Positions 34,420 through 34,826 of a stretch of DNA of 34,826 nucleotides are shown piece after piece (the stretch's first letter is position 1; each line of letters begins with the position of its first letter). Both the position numbers and the translations under genes were made by a program. The notes under the pieces are model-generated. The model ran no database searches. It saw only the letters and a program-made list of their open reading frames with translations, and was not told the origin of the DNA. The DNA comes from a virus (lineage: Duplodnaviria; Caudoviricetes), in IMG/VR virus record IMGVR_UViG_3300033067_001086, positions 1-34,826 of that record. The stretch is one strand, 5' to 3'.

Positions 34420-34587
34420 TCAGCCAGCTTCGTCCGGTTCACCGTCCTCGTTGTTGTGCTTGAGGTTGAACGCTGAACGGAATGAATCCGCGGCTTCAAG
34501 TGTGTCGAACGGCCCCGCATAGCCATCAATCTTGGAACCCCAACCGCGTTCGCTCTCATACATCGGGACAACATATCTATCCGTCAC
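34420..34587 (-). CDS. Small phage protein with ESERGWG motif
   Basis: Not in ORF track; GTG 34587 overlaps xis stop; VTDRYVVPMYESERGWGSKIDGYAGPFDTLEAADSF... Confidence 0.65.
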   Translation of the reverse strand: MTDRYVVPMYESERGWGSKIDGYAGPFDTLEAADSFRSAFNLKHNNEDGEPDEAG

Positions 34588-34814
34588 GCCGCTTTCCCTT
34601 CCAAAAACCGCTTGCGATATTCCGGCACACCGCCCCCCGTCAGGTTAGCCAGCGCCCGGTCGACATCCTCCTTGCGCCACTTGTCGCGCCCGGCGAACTT
34701 CACCGGCGGGGGGATACGGCAGCGGGCGACTTCCCTGTCCAGCATGGGTTTGCTGCAACAGAGATATTCCGCCAACGTATCGCGGTCCATGAGGGCAGGC
34801 CAGCGCGCCGTCAT
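34584..34814 (-). CDS. Excisionase/AlpA-like winged-helix protein
   Basis: WPALMDRDTLAEYL...IPPPVKFAGRDKWRKEDVDRAL; AGGAGGAAGG RBS. Confidence 0.8.
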   Translation of the reverse strand: MTARWPALMDRDTLAEYLCCSKPMLDREVARCRIPPPVKFAGRDKWRKEDVDRALANLTGGGVPEYRKRFLEGKAA

Positions 34815-34826
34815 CCCTTCCTCCTG

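Larger units (their letters stand above)
1..34826. mobile_element. Near-complete temperate-type phage genome with P22-like virion module (circularly permuted, no host flank seen)
   Basis: Contiguous immunity, replication, terminase-portal-scaffold-coat, tail/ejection and lysis modules; pervasive ATGA/TAATG gene overlaps; no housekeeping genes. Confidence 0.95.

Noticed and set aside
1-34826. Stop-codon reassignment, DGR/retron, tRNA genes
   Set aside because: TAA, TGA and TAG all end genes at coupled junctions; no reverse transcriptase motif, TR/VR pair or cloverleaf recognised by eye

Overview
Nearly all of the window is one GC-rich tailed-phage genome, apparently circularly permuted, because both ends fall inside the same leftward early operon and no host DNA is visible. 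It has a lambdoid layout and a P22-like short-tailed virion module; an alphaproteobacterial, possibly sphingomonad, host is my inference only. Order: leftward early/recombination genes (tetrapeptide-repeat protein, ACP-like protein, AAA ATPase, RecE-like exonuclease, GHKL ATPase; 1-4904); a CI/Cro-type switch with four TGTAG-N4-CTACA operators (4937-5585); rightward genes (DnaA-C protein, adenine methylase, VRR-NUC, DnaB-N/AAA_25 helicase) followed by an iteron-like array (to about 10090); a late regulator and structured late leader; terminase, portal, scaffold and coat; a methyltransferase plus glycosyltransferase pair inside the head module; adaptor, two fibre+adhesin pairs, tail hub, ejection proteins and an M23 peptidase; a lysis cassette with an antisense HNH gene; an HTH moron; and the distal leftward operon with a xis-like gene but no visible integrase. 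The best leads are a candidate +1 frameshift (GGAGG, hairpin, UUU_CGC) fusing an ejection protein to the M23 peptidase, an ACP homologue with Ala in place of the phosphopantetheine Ser, a putative virion glycosylation/methylation cassette, an unlisted antisense membrane peptide at the P22 sieA position, and twin GNRA hairpins before scaffold and coat. All family assignments are from motif recognition by eye; no searches were run.
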